DNA of 63,036 bases, the filler included, from Octopus bimaculoides (Eukaryota), in assembly GCF_001194135.2 (NCBI RefSeq). It is 8 parts of 6 records of this genome, joined end to end, with 100 filler letters (N's around TTAATTAATTAA, not from the genome) between each part and the next. Parts side by side here need not be neighbours in the genome. Positions count along the whole stretch, not along the records: positions 5,494 to 12,526 come from NC_068981.1; positions 12,627 to 20,283 come from NC_069000.1; positions 20,384 to 45,663 come from NC_068981.1; 5 more parts are not named here. One strand, given 5' to 3'. The notes beneath the pieces are model-generated. The model was not told the origin of the DNA, did not search any database, and saw nothing but the letters and a program-made list of their open reading frames with translations. Both the position numbers and the translations under genes were made by a program. Below are positions 11,821 through 23,278 of this stretch, piece by piece. Every line of letters starts with the position of its first letter. Position 1 is the first letter of the stretch.

Positions 11821-12673
11821 TAGTATTCCTTGAGTTGGTGTTTATGAATGTATTCCATAAAAGAGGGATTTTCTAAATTTATTTCAGGACAGTCGTTTTT
11901 GTGGATGGCATTGTAAATTGTTTTAGCGACAACATCGTGTCGCATAGGGAGGTAGTACCGTGACGACATTTTAGGATAGCTGCTGATCACATGCGTGATA
12001 TCTTTCACAGAAACATGGCATGCTGTTGCTGTTGTTTTGCCGTAAGTCAGTCTTGTTCGAGCAGACATTTGGTCAAAGTTTTTCCACCTGTCATCAAACT
12101 GATTTTTTTTTAAAGTAGATTTTGGAGTATGTTATTCGTTTTATGCTTCAATAAGTCAGAGGAGCATAATTTGAGAAAAATTAGTTGCTATTTCTCGTAG
12201 GTCGAGTAAACTCATGGGGGCTCTCTGCTTAAAATGAATAGTGGACATATTTTGAGCTAGTATGGTATGTTGCTCTTGAGATAGAAACTGTGAGAAAGGC
12301 TACAGCTGTTAGAGATTTGATCGTTATCTATGTACTCAAGAAAATCCCTTTAATCATGTCTGTGTGTGTGTGTGTGTGCGCGCGCGTGTGAAAGCAAGCA
12401 ATGTGTGTGTGTGTGTATGTCTGTATATACGTGTGTTGTATGTGTTTATCATTGTCACTGTCTGCAATGTTCTGTCACTCTCCTTGGCGTTTACGTCTCA
12501 GTCTCTCTTCTTTTAAATTCTTTCCANNNNNNNNNNNNNNNNNNNNNNNNNNNNNNNNNNNNNNNNNNNNTTAATTAATTAANNNNNNNNNNNNNNNNNN
12601 NNNNNNNNNNNNNNNNNNNNNNNNNNTTTTTTTTTTTTTTATCTCTGTTAATTGTTTCTGGTTATTTTTGTAG

Positions 12674-12780
12674 AAAGATGAAGAGTTATGAAGAATCCCA
12701 GAAGTCAAAAAAAACTGTGGCGTCGATGATAGAGAATAGAAAAGAAGATAAGAAGAAAAAAGAAGAAAAAAATAACAAAG
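12674..12780 (+). CDS. SRPRA: SRPRA exon ([27 protein letters not shown]...)
   Basis: tttttgtag acceptor, gtaaga donor; resembles human TMKKFEDSEKAKKPVRSMIE. Confidence 0.85.
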
Positions 12781-14320
12781 GTAAGATCATCACCACCACC
12801 CACCATCACTACCACCATCATCATCATATTACCAATATCCTCATTATCTTCATGATGCTGTTCTATCATGTCTTTCACAATTTCATCTGCTTGGAACCGT
12901 GTAACACTGAGAAATGTTTTACTTTCTGACATTTGTAAGCTTCTCCCCCACAAAATCTATTTAAGTCTTTTCCGCTCTTAATACATTTTGTCAGTCTTTA
13001 TTGCTATACCTACAGGTCTTCACTGTATTTACAGGTCTTTGATTAGTTTAAATATTTTTCTTGCAGTATTTTATGATATATTTTGAATTGTTAGCGCTTC
13101 ATACGAAAAGCTTTGTCTTATCCAAGGGTGGCAGTAGATTGGCAGAATTGTTAAAGATATCTTGGGGAAGGTAATTCAGCACTTTACAATTTAAGTTTAA
13201 ATCCTGCTTAGGTCAACTTTCTGTTTTGTACTGTTGGGGGTTGATGAAATAAAGGACCAGTCAAGTACTAAGGTCGAGATGGTCAACTGAACTCCTACCC
13301 AAGTTCAGTCATTGTACTTGTGTTACAAATGGTTACCTTCATCCACATTCCGAGTTGAAATCCTGTTGAAGTCCTCTTTGCATTTCATCCTTTTGGGGTC
13401 AGTAAAATATAAGTTGAGTACAGGGGTCAATGAAATTAACTAATTATGTGTCCCTAAAATTGTTGACCTTGTGCCAAAATTTGACATTGTTCATTTCAGT
13501 ATGTTTACTGTTTACTGTATATATTCAATGCTAACAACAACAACAACAATAGATTCTTCTATAGTAAACTGTTGGTGGTTTATCTTGGTGTGGAGAGTTT
13601 TTAAGATAGGGTACATTATGAAAACTGGAATTCTGTGAGGGTGAGTTTTCTCAGTCTGTTGAAAACAGCAGTCAAATCTCCCTCAAATCCTGGCTCTGAG
13701 AAAACAAAATAGGCAGTAACCAGTTCTGAGTAGATATTTGGTGTGTGTGTGTGTGTGTGTGTGTGCATAATGGTACAGGAGAGGTCTATTTAGTCAAAAA
13801 CTTGAAACCTAAGAAATGTTTGTTTCATTTGATATTTTAGTTTGTTGTCTTTGTTTTAGTCCGTCCTACTGAAGTAGCATTTAAAATGGCAGCGGCACCA
13901 GTGAAAGAGGAGGCAGTAGTCAAAGACACAGCTGGAGAATTGGATGAAGAAACTATTCGAAGAAATATTGAGAAAAAGTTCAAGAAAAAACCTGCAAAGC
14001 AACAAGATGTTAGGTTTGTGGGTTTTTATTTCTTTTTGCCAAGTTTAACGAGGGAAGTTAATGTGTTTTAGATTAGCTTTTTTATCTGGGGGTGGGCATG
14101 GTGCTATTGGTATTGGGAATGCAATAGATGCCAATGTTGACACTGGCATCAGCCATGACTGTTATCTCACTTGGCTTGACGTGTCTTCTCAAGCATGGTA
14201 TATCGCCAAAAGTCTCTGCCACTGTTTCCTTGGGCTAAAAATTAATTAAGGCAGTTTATAATTTTCTCATTATCAGGAGAAATTAGTAATTTTGACAGGT
14301 TTCTGTGTTTTCTACACAGG

Positions 14321-14363
<43 letters not shown>

Positions 14364-17300
14364 TCCATTGATTGAGAGCAAATAAATGACTAAAAATGTT
14401 TTTTTTTCTTTTTTTGGGGGGTAACAGCAAGAGCCCAGAAGATAAGAAAAAGAAGGGCAAAGTAGCTCGCAAGTGGGACAACTGTGTGAGCAAAAGTGAT
14501 GCTGAAAGTTTGGACTTTAGCTCTAAGAATGGTTTAGTGAATGGTGACATCACTGATGCTGAGGTGATGAAAAACCTCACTTCACATGATTTGGTAAGTC
14601 TATTGTNNNNNNNNNNNNNNNNNNNNNNNNNNNNNNNNNNNNNNNNNNNNNNNNNNNNNNNNNNNNNNNNNNNNNNNNNNNNNNNNNNNNNNNNNNNNNN
14701 NNNNNNNNNNNNNNNNNNNNNNNNNNNNNNNNNNNNNNNNNNNNNNNNNNNNNNNNNNNNNNNNNNNNNNNNNNNNNNNNNNNNNNNNNNNNNNNNNNNN
14801 NNNNNNNNNNNNNNNNNNNNNNNNNNNNNNNNNNNNNNNNNNNNNNNNNNNNNNNNNNNNNNNNNNNNNNNNNNNNNNNNNNNNNNNNNNNNNNNNNNNN
14901 NNNNNNNNNNNNNNNNNNNNNNNNNNNNNNNNNNNNNNNNNNNNNNNNNNNNNNNNNNNNNNNNNNNNNGATAATGATAATGATGATTGCTATTGCACAA
15001 GAGGTCAGTTATTCTTTTTTTTTTTGTTTTTAACCCAGAATATGAAAGGACAAATGATGGGTGACTTGAAGGACATGGAACCGGAGAGTAGCAGCGAGGG
15101 CGAAGTTGAAGAAGAAATTGTCCAGAAACCAAGTAAGAAAAGGTAAATCTGAGAGGTTTCAGGGATGGCAACTGAAATTTGTTTTTTTGTTTTTTTGATT
15201 TGTTTGTTTCTCTTTTTTTTTTTTTTACCTCTGGTTTTCCAAGCTAGCATGGGTTGAAGGAATATTTATTGAGGCATTAATTTTATAACTGGATGCTGTT
15301 TTTACTGCTCATTCTATCCTGTTGTTTTTTTTGTTTTTTTTTTAGCAAAGGTTTTTTTTCATTCCCTGTGTCCTCAAAAGGAGAGGGCTACAAGACAATT
15401 TCTGAGCAGTGGATATAGCAGTGTAGTGTCTAAAAACGTTTTTTTCTTTGTTTTATGCCATGACTCAGAATATAAACATTCACACATGCAAACGCATCTA
15501 CTAAATCCACTCACAGGACGTTGGTTAACCCAGGGCTGTACCAGAAGACTCTTGCCCAAAGGGCCATGCATTGTGATAGAACTAAACGGTTTCAGGTTCA
15601 GTCCCTCTGCTTGGCAACCTGTATCTTTTGCTTTAGCCCTGAAGTGACCAATACCTTGTGGGTAGATTTTGTAAATGGAAGCTGAAAGAAGCCCACTGCA
15701 TGTGCTCTGCAATTGTTGCAGGTTATTAGTTGTGTTGTTCCTTCATCTTTCAACCAGTTGTCTCCTCACTTCATATCTACAAAGATGTGTAAAATAAGTG
15801 AGCCTTTACTTGAAAAATAATGGGTAAGCAATTGGAAGGGCCTTAGTAATATATTCCTCTAACCCATGCTAGCATGGAAAAATGGATGTAAAATGATATA
15901 CTCACACAGCATTTCCTGTCTCTAATAAATGTGATATTGGATTGATATAAAGTGTTTTTACACTTAAGAGTGTAGTAGATTGTACATGTGTGTGTGTGTG
16001 TGTGTGTTTGTACGTGCATGCGTTCTGTTCAGATAAGGTCCATTTGTTGATTGATTCTTTGCTACCAGCTGATACTATTTCATTAGGGTTTATGCTAAGG
16101 AAAGTCAATTTATTAGGTCAGGCTAATACTGAAATTTATAAACCTGTCCAACCCACATTTGTACAATGATTAGCAAGATGCAGAATCCCCATGTTATAGA
16201 GAACCCATTGAAAATTGTAATGTTACGTGTGTCAGCATATTTTGCTTTTCCATGCATATTTGGTGTTAGGAAGGGCATCCAGCCGTAGAAACCATGCCAA
16301 AACAGACATGGAGCCTGAACGGCTTCAGCTGGTCTGCTCCTGTCAAACTGTCCAACCCATGCCAGCATGGAAAATGGATGTTAAATGATGATGATTTGCA
16401 TGAATATGTATATAACCATTGATCATTGCATGCATACGGTGCACTCGGGCATGTGCATTTCTGTGCATATTTGTATATTTGCATTTAGGTGCATTTGTTA
16501 GAACGAGAGTAATGGTTTTATAACTAAAGTGACAATCTGTCTCTTCACTCTGATCTCCTCCTCCAACAGTTCAACAGCCAAATCAAAAAGCAGTGGTTTC
16601 GGAATGTTTACCATGTTCAAGAATTTGGTTGGTTCTAAAACATTGACTATGGATGATATTCAACCTGTTGTTGACAAAATGAAAGACCACTTAATTGGTA
16701 AGTTCTCTTAGCTGTTGCCATCATTTGAACCTTGTATGCACCACTTACTGCTCAACCATTTTGCTGATTATTATTTCATTTGTTCTCCAACCTTGAAGAA
16801 AGCGGGTGGGGCAGTGCCTTGTTATGGTAGACTTTCATAGAACCAGTGTTATCTTTTATTAAATAATTGTCATATTTAGAGTAATTAATTATATTTAGCA
16901 GCTGTTTTTACAATATTCACATTGTTACAGTTTAATTAGTTTAAACTGCGCATTATTTGTACAGTGTCTTTGATTGGATTTGAACTGCAGATCCTTATTG
17001 CTAATCTAAGGGTTCTGCTGTTCTTTTGGTGACCCAGGTTAACATCACCACCTAGGCTTTGGCTATCTTGTATGGAATCTATCCACACCCCACCAAGTCT
17101 CAGAGACCATGTGAAGGGTCATGGAGACTGCCCAACTTACTAACATAAATTATGTGTGACATAGTTGTGGCGATTCTATCATGCTCCCATCATGTGAACA
17201 AAAAACCAGCACAAACTGATTTTGGCCTAATCTGGAGATAGAAATGTGGTTTTGGTCCTTTCAGTGAGGGCTGTTGCTCTTCTCGCATCCAAAATGGCTG

Positions 17301-19520
17301 TTTACATCTGAGAGCGATTGCTTTTTAATATTCTTTTGTTGGATTAATCCATTTGGCTGAGGCGAAGCTGGAGCATTGCCAGCAGATATGTGTGTCTGTG
17401 TTTCCCTATTTTTAACCAGTATTTCTGCACAAATATTCAGAAGGACAATAATCAATGCATACACACATAATAGGTTTGTATGCTTTCTTTTTATAATCAT
17501 TCACTTTAGCTCTCTTTATGCCATGTCATCTAAGCTATAAAAAGCTTTTAAATGTAAATGCAAAACCATGGTTTCTGGGGAAAACAGAAATCTACCCCTG
17601 GGTAGTCTACTGAGGCCATGTAGAATGTTTGTCTATCACAGCTAACATTCTCAGATAATCTACTGCCTAATACTAACAGTTAAGTGAACTGGAGTAATCT
17701 CCTTTTGTAGAGAATATATTTCAACTAAGAATCGGTTGTGTCATTAGTAAACAACAGTTTATTGTAATTAAATTTTTTTCTGAATTCTCCATTTCTTTCA
17801 CGTTTCAATTTTTGTCCCTTATTCCAGCGAAGAATGTAGCATCTGATATTGCATTGAAACTCTGTGAATCGGTTGCTGCAAAATTGGAAGGAAAAGTGCT
17901 TGGAACATTTGATAGTAAGTGTACAGAAGTTGGCAATGAATCTATTGCATTTGTATGTGTGTATATATGTCTATGTATGTGTATTTATATGTCATTATTA
18001 TCATTCGTTTTCCATGCTGGCATGGGTTGGAGTGTTTGACAGGAGCTGGCTAGGCAGAAGACTGCACCATGCTTCACTGTCTGTTTCGGCAGGGTTTTTA
18101 CAGCTGAATGCCCTTCCTAACACTGGCCACCTTACAAAGACAACCCATATAAATATGAGTACAATGTGAATAAATTATCCAGGTGGGTACCACATGAGCA
18201 CTCGGGTATAGTCTAGGCTCAGGCCAACTGCATCAAGGAGTAAAAAGCACCAAGGATCACTTCTGGTGACAATCCGTCTAATCTATTCAACGAGTAAACC
18301 CTGGGCTTGCTTCACTGGATTATGAATATTTTTGGGAGTGTAAATCCAAAACAATTACAAAGGAAATGGACACTGGTACATCTTCATATTTGTTTCTGTT
18401 TTAGCTTTATTATTACAGTTAATTCTACAGCATAATTGGTTTAAATGACCAACACATGTTTCTACTACATAGAAAAGCACCCATTATACTCTCTGAGTGG
18501 TTGGCGTTAGGAAGGGCATCCAGCTGTAGAAACTTTGCCAAATTAGATTGGAGCCTGGTGCAGCCATCTGGCTCATTAGTCCCCAGTCAAACTGTTCAAC
18601 CCATGCCAGCATGGAAAGCAGACGTTAAACGATGATGATGATGATGGCTGAAATGACCAGAAATAGTCATGATGTCACTTCCAGTATGAATGGCAAAAGC
18701 AGGAGGAAAACAGTGAAAGAGGCATGTGTGTGTTTGCTTATTAGTTTGTATGCAGAAGTTACCTAAAGGTTTATCAAGACAATATTCATAAGCATGTCAT
18801 TAACAGTGTGTCTGTCTGTCTCCATTATTTAAGGTATCACAACGACAGTGAAAAATACCCTGAATGCATCCTGTGTCCAAATTCTGTCGCCCAGGAGACG
18901 AATTGATATTCTTCGTGATGCAATGGAAGCGAAACAACAGCGCCGTCCTTACTGCATCACATTTTGTGGTGTTAATGGCGTTGGCAAATCAACTAATTTG
19001 GCCAAGGTAAATCTTTTTGATCTCGTCATTTTTCTTAACGAACTTTCAACTTCATCTTCAGACTAACATAAACTGTGAATAGTGTCATGTGATCTGCTGC
19101 TGTTAAAACAAAAAAAAAAATTTATTTGTTTATTTTTATTACAAAAGAAAATGACTAGTTTACTGTAATTTTTCTTTATAAGTTTTCCTATAATTTTTTT
19201 CTCTCCAGACAGTATTGTATGATTTCAAGGAGATTTAGCTGCCCCCCCCCCCTGTTGGTTTGTTCACACAAGGATTGAACTCAATGCCTGACTGCTCATT
19301 TTTTAGGTGGGATTTTGGTTGATCGAGAATGGTCTGCGTGTCCTGATAGCTGCCTGTGATACATTCCGTGCAGGGGCAGTGGAACAGTTGCGCACTCATA
19401 CACGTAAACTGAATGCACTTCATTCTCCTGAAATGCATGGTGGCGTTCAAATGGTGCAGTTGTATGAGAAGGGATACGGGAAAGATGCTGCCAGCATTGC
19501 AATGGAAGCAATCAACTTTG
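12674..19520 (+). CDS. SRPRA: Signal recognition particle receptor subunit alpha, partial spliced gene (8 internal exons, 1133 bp, ~377 aa; 5' and 3' exons not visible)
   Basis: Exons 12674-12780, 13860-14013, 14428-14593, 15039-15142, 16570-16697, 17828-17914, 18834-19006, 19307-19520 have AG/GT boundaries with compatible phases (1,2,0,2,1,1,0). Translation has the SRP-GTPase NG motifs [35 protein letters not shown] and [17 protein letters not shown], plus [16 protein letters not shown], which I recognise from SR-alpha. Confidence 0.96.
13130..13490 (+). mobile_element. Two degraded SINE family B copies in an SRPRA intron
   Basis: ggcagaattgttaa...gttcaaatcc...ggtcaacttt...ggggtcaatgaaat...ccttgtgccaaaattt motifs. 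Confidence 0.7.
13860..14013 (+). CDS. SRPRA: SRPRA exon (acidic/basic linker ...[18 protein letters not shown]...)
   Basis: ttgttttag acceptor, gtttgt donor; phase 1 in and phase 2 out fit both neighbours. Confidence 0.8.
14428..14593 (+). CDS. SRPRA: SRPRA exon ([17 protein letters not shown]...SLDFS)
   Basis: aacag acceptor, gtaagt donor; resembles human KEKGKKAPRVWE...LDYS. Confidence 0.88.
15039..15142 (+). CDS. SRPRA: SRPRA exon ([22 protein letters not shown]...)
   Basis: poly-T tract plus cccag acceptor, gtaaat donor; open and phase-compatible. Confidence 0.85.
16260..16395 (+). mobile_element. SINE family C copy (aggaagggcatccagc...ccaacccatgccagcatggaaa...(GAT)n)
   Basis: Same module at 18470-18645 (+), 18005-18130 (-), 31300-31430 (+) and 37100-37290 (-). 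Confidence 0.85.
16570..16697 (+). CDS. SRPRA: SRPRA exon ([34 protein letters not shown])
   Basis: caacag acceptor, gtaagt donor; N-domain similarity. Confidence 0.95.
17828..17914 (+). CDS. SRPRA: SRPRA exon ([29 protein letters not shown])
   Basis: ttccag acceptor, gtaagt donor; strong similarity. Confidence 0.95.
18470..18645 (+). mobile_element. SINE family C copy
   Basis: tggcgttaggaagggcatccagctgtagaa...catgccagcatggaaagcagacgttaaac(gat)n. Confidence 0.88.
18834..19006 (+). CDS. SRPRA: SRPRA exon with P-loop ([14 protein letters not shown])
   Basis: tttaag acceptor, gtaaat donor; G1 motif. Confidence 0.96.
19307..19520 (+). CDS. SRPRA: SRPRA exon ([11 protein letters not shown]...[16 protein letters not shown])
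   Basis: ttttag acceptor, gtaagt donor; DTFRAGA motif. Confidence 0.96.
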
Positions 19521-20383
19521 GTAAGTTACTTCTAGATTTGTTTTCTCTGTTTCTTTTAGAAAGAAGAGATTCTACCCCATCCCGTCATTATTCACCTCCA
19601 CCATGGCTGTTCTATCACTACCTTCCCATCCCTCCACTTTGTTAGTGCTTCCCTGATTGTGGGTGGTTGAGTGGGTTGGGGGGTCATAGGTTCAATCTCA
19701 GGTTGAGCTAGTGTATTGTATCCTTGATCAAAGTACTTCATCTCTCATTGTTTAGGTCTCCTTGTGTAGCCTTCTGTCCCCTTTACCTGCCCCTATCTTT
19801 CATATTCTGTTGGGTTCTGGATGGCAGACCTGAGATGTTGTTGTCATCGTCTGTGTCTCCTCTATAGAGGCTCCTTAAAGCAATTATTGAATGTACGGCA
19901 CACACTACCAGGTCAAAGTCTCTTATGACCAACTTGGTGGTGGTGGTGGTGGGGGGGCGTTCCTGCTTCCCCCCCAAGTCAACCCACAGAAGAAATATAA
20001 AAGGTATTTCAATCATGACTCCCACTGTTCTGACTGTTCTACTGCATCAGTTGTTGTTGTGTGTGTTGCTGTTGTTACTCAGCTAACAACTGTAACCTGT
20101 ATCCTATTGCCCAAAAACTTAAACTGTGAACAACTTGGGTCTAGCATCTCAGTCCAGTTTCCAATAGGCTTCTCTCTCTATCTCTCTTTATATCTCTCTC
20201 TCTCTCTTTATATCTCTCTCTCTCTCTTTATATCTCTCTCTCTCTCTTTATATCTCTCTCTCTCTCTTTATATCTCTCTCTCTNNNNNNNNNNNNNNNNN
20301 NNNNNNNNNNNNNNNNNNNNNNNNNNNTTAATTAATTAANNNNNNNNNNNNNNNNNNNNNNNNNNNNNNNNNNNNNNNNNNNN

Positions 20384-20680
20384 AACCTAACCTTATTATT
20401 CCTAACATCCCTATCTACTCTAACCTCACCAGATTCAGGTTCAACATAATAAACCTTATCTTTAAAACCAGCCCTATTTAGAGCTTCATTATACAAAGGA
20501 GCTTCATTATCGAAAACAACACGATTAGCTGATAACTTAGAAAGCCTAATCGAAATATTTCTAACTAAATTATCAATAATACTTCTAGGGTGGTTACTCC
20601 ATCTACTTATATATTTCAAATTAGTAGACGGTTTATGGTACGGTCTATACGTATCATTTTTTATATCAAGTGTCACATCT
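20384..20680 (-). mobile_element. Penelope-like element RT-thumb fragment
   Basis: TYRPYHKPSTNLKYISRWSNHPRSIIDNLVRNISIRLSKLS...YNEALNRAGFK is homologous to 49221-49480. Confidence 0.85.
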
Positions 20681-21625
20681 AAATAATTATGTGTGTGTGT
20701 ATATGTATATGTACATGTATATATATGTATATATGTATGTATGTGTGTATGTGTGTGTATGGTGTCTTGTATGTGTATAGGTTTTTTTTTTGTGTATATG
20801 TATATATAATTTTAAATTATATTTTAAAATGAGGTCTTTTTAACATATTTTTATATTTATATATATATATGTGTGGATGTATGTGTGTGTGTGTGTATGT
20901 ATGTGTGTGTGTGTATGTGTTTATGACTTGCGAACTTTGCTTGTTTGTGTACGCATACATATGCATGTGAGCATGCACATGTGTGCGTGCATGAGCGTGT
21001 GCGTGTGCATGAACGCGTATGTGTACGGGCGCACATGCGGATGCCTGTATGTAGGTAATAGCGTTCTTTTTGCTAAAACTTAAAAAATTTTGTTCGGTTT
21101 TTTGTAATTGTGAAATTTTTTCGCCATGAACGGTTTGTGTTTTTAAATCGAGTGTATTTTTTCTGATGTTATATTTATTCCTGAATGATGTGTAAAGAAA
21201 TTTTGATTTATTAAGTCTCTTAATGAATTCTTTATACTGAAATATATATTGAAGCAGATAAATATGTTCATTTNNNNNNNNNNNNNNNNNNNNNNNNNNN
21301 NNNNNNNNNNNNNNNNNNNNNNNNNNNNNNNNNNNNNNNNNNNNNNNNNNNNNNNNNNNNNNNNNNNNNNNNNNNNNNNNNNNNNNNNNNNNNNNNNNNN
21401 NNNNNNNNNNNNNNNNNNNNNNNNNNNNNNNNNNNNNNNNNNNNNNNNNNNNNNNNNNNNNNNNNNNNNNNNNNNNNNNNNNNNNNNNNNNNNACCAAAA
21501 GGATCGATTCTTGAAGAGTCTGCATACCTTCACTGTCGTTTTTTTCTGCTATTTTGGTGATGATTTTTTGAGTTAGCTTACCAATTATCTTTGTTGGTAG
21601 TTAATTTATAATATATATATATATT

Positions 21626-22050
21626 AGCAGCCAAGCCCGGTTTCACCAGGTCGGTTTGGATGATGTAGCTGTAAAACCTGCTCTGTGTAAGCATTCGACT
21701 TGTTTGGGCAAGCTTACATTAAAAGACAATTTTGGAATAACATTTTTCTGTCAAAATGCGAAAAATAACTGACCAACAAAAAAAAAAAAAAACCAAGATT
21801 CAACCAAATCAAAAAATAAACCCAAATACTAAGCGAACAAAGATGAACTATCCCACTTCCATTACACGTGCACACACACACAAACGCACACATTCACATA
21901 GCCCCCTTTACATACGCACACATATATTCACACAGAGTTGAAAAGCTGTCTGATTTATTTTTCGGTGTACAATTTTCATCATCCGACTACCAAGTATGAC
22001 ATCACCCCTTCCTTTCTCATTCATAAATAGAAGAGTATTATTATAGTAGA
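21626..22050 (+). mobile_element. Probable non-autonomous Helitron/Helentron (DINE-1/HINE-like)
   Basis: Starts ATTAGCAG followed by the short hairpin cccgg-tttca-ccagg, has an internal CA-rich tract and ends ttattatagtagat, resembling HINE architecture; inference. Confidence 0.4.
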
Positions 22051-22537
22051 TTATCTCGGTAACCATCACCACCCAACATCACCACCGGATCAGTTGACTG
22101 TAAATCTCAAGACAAGAAAGAATCGTCCATGTCAAATTTATGTATAGATGTGTGTATATGTGCATATATATGTATGTGTAAGTATTTGTTTGTATGTGTG
22201 TGTGTGCACACGTATATGTATATACATATATACATGTGTGTTTATATGTGCATATAAAAAAAATATATATGTAGGCACATGCGTATATGTATACATTTGT
22301 GTTTAAGTATAGCATTATGTTTATGTATGTATGTATATGCATGTATGTGTATATATGTGTGTACATATATATGTATGTGTGTATGCACATGTATATGTAT
22401 GTATGAGTATGTACATGTGTGTACATATATATTTATGAATACGTAGGCATATATGAATACATGTATGTACATGCACATGTAAGTGTATGCTTATATATGT
22501 ATGTGTGTATGCATGTATGTGTATGTATAAACGTGTA

Positions 22538-22544
<7 letters not shown>

Positions 22545-22630
<86 letters not shown>
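22545..22630. repeat. Long perfect (TA)n inside a (TG/TA) compound microsatellite block (22140-22785)
   Basis: Directly visible. Confidence 0.95.
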
Positions 22631-22634
<4 letters not shown>

Positions 22635-22790
22635 CATGCCTATATATGTATGTGTGTGTATGCATGTATGTGTATGTATAAACGTGCATATATGTATATA
22701 TGCATATATATATATCATGTGTGTGTGTATATGTGCATGTATGTGTTAATTGTATGTACATATGCATGCATGAGTATATGTGATGTTACA

Positions 22791-23226
22791 CAGTGTACCC
22801 CCGTTTATTTGCAGTTCAGCATTCGTGGTCCTGGATATTTGTGGAACTAATAATTGTTCACGGAAATCACCACATATTCACAAAATCGTAATTATTTCTG
22901 CGATTTTTTAATGGCTTTTTTCATGACAATATATATCTTTTCACACTTTTTAAGGCTAAATTATTAGTAACAATATACCGTATTTGCTGGCTTGCTGGAT
23001 GCCCCTTCACAGTTGAAGCTCCTTCTGATTAGAATAGCTGCACTTCACGTCGCTTGATTGTTTTAGATACAAGTACACTGTATCTGGTATCTCTTATTCC
23101 TGCTTTCAATCAAAGCTTGCTAATTAGTTTAGCGGCATCTATCTATATTTTACACATACACACTTTCTCTCCCTCTCTCGCTGTATTTGTCTCTCAACAA
23201 CAACAACCCCTGATTGTAGTGAATGC

Positions 23227-23278
<52 letters not shown>

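Larger units (their letters stand above)
10275..12350 (-). mobile_element. Second RLE-type (R4/NeSL-like) LINE 3' fragment, interrupted by a MITE and a SINE
   Basis: RHDVVAKTIYN...HQLKEY | NIPIKTSVKCNHNRLDIVVWD..CTIIEVSCPADINI...YPGYEFIFIPIIII | GALGFVSKCLKKNL is continuous once both insertions are removed. Confidence 0.88.

Noticed and set aside
14607-14969. Hidden SRPRA exon in the intronic gap
   Set aside because: Flanking exons join in phase 0 and the peptide is collinear without one; not required, though it cannot be excluded.
22079-22850. YI/CV/HT-repeat ORFs here and at 6292-6650, 20871-21083, 58465-59234
   Set aside because: Translations of (TA)n/(TG)n/(CA)n microsatellites.
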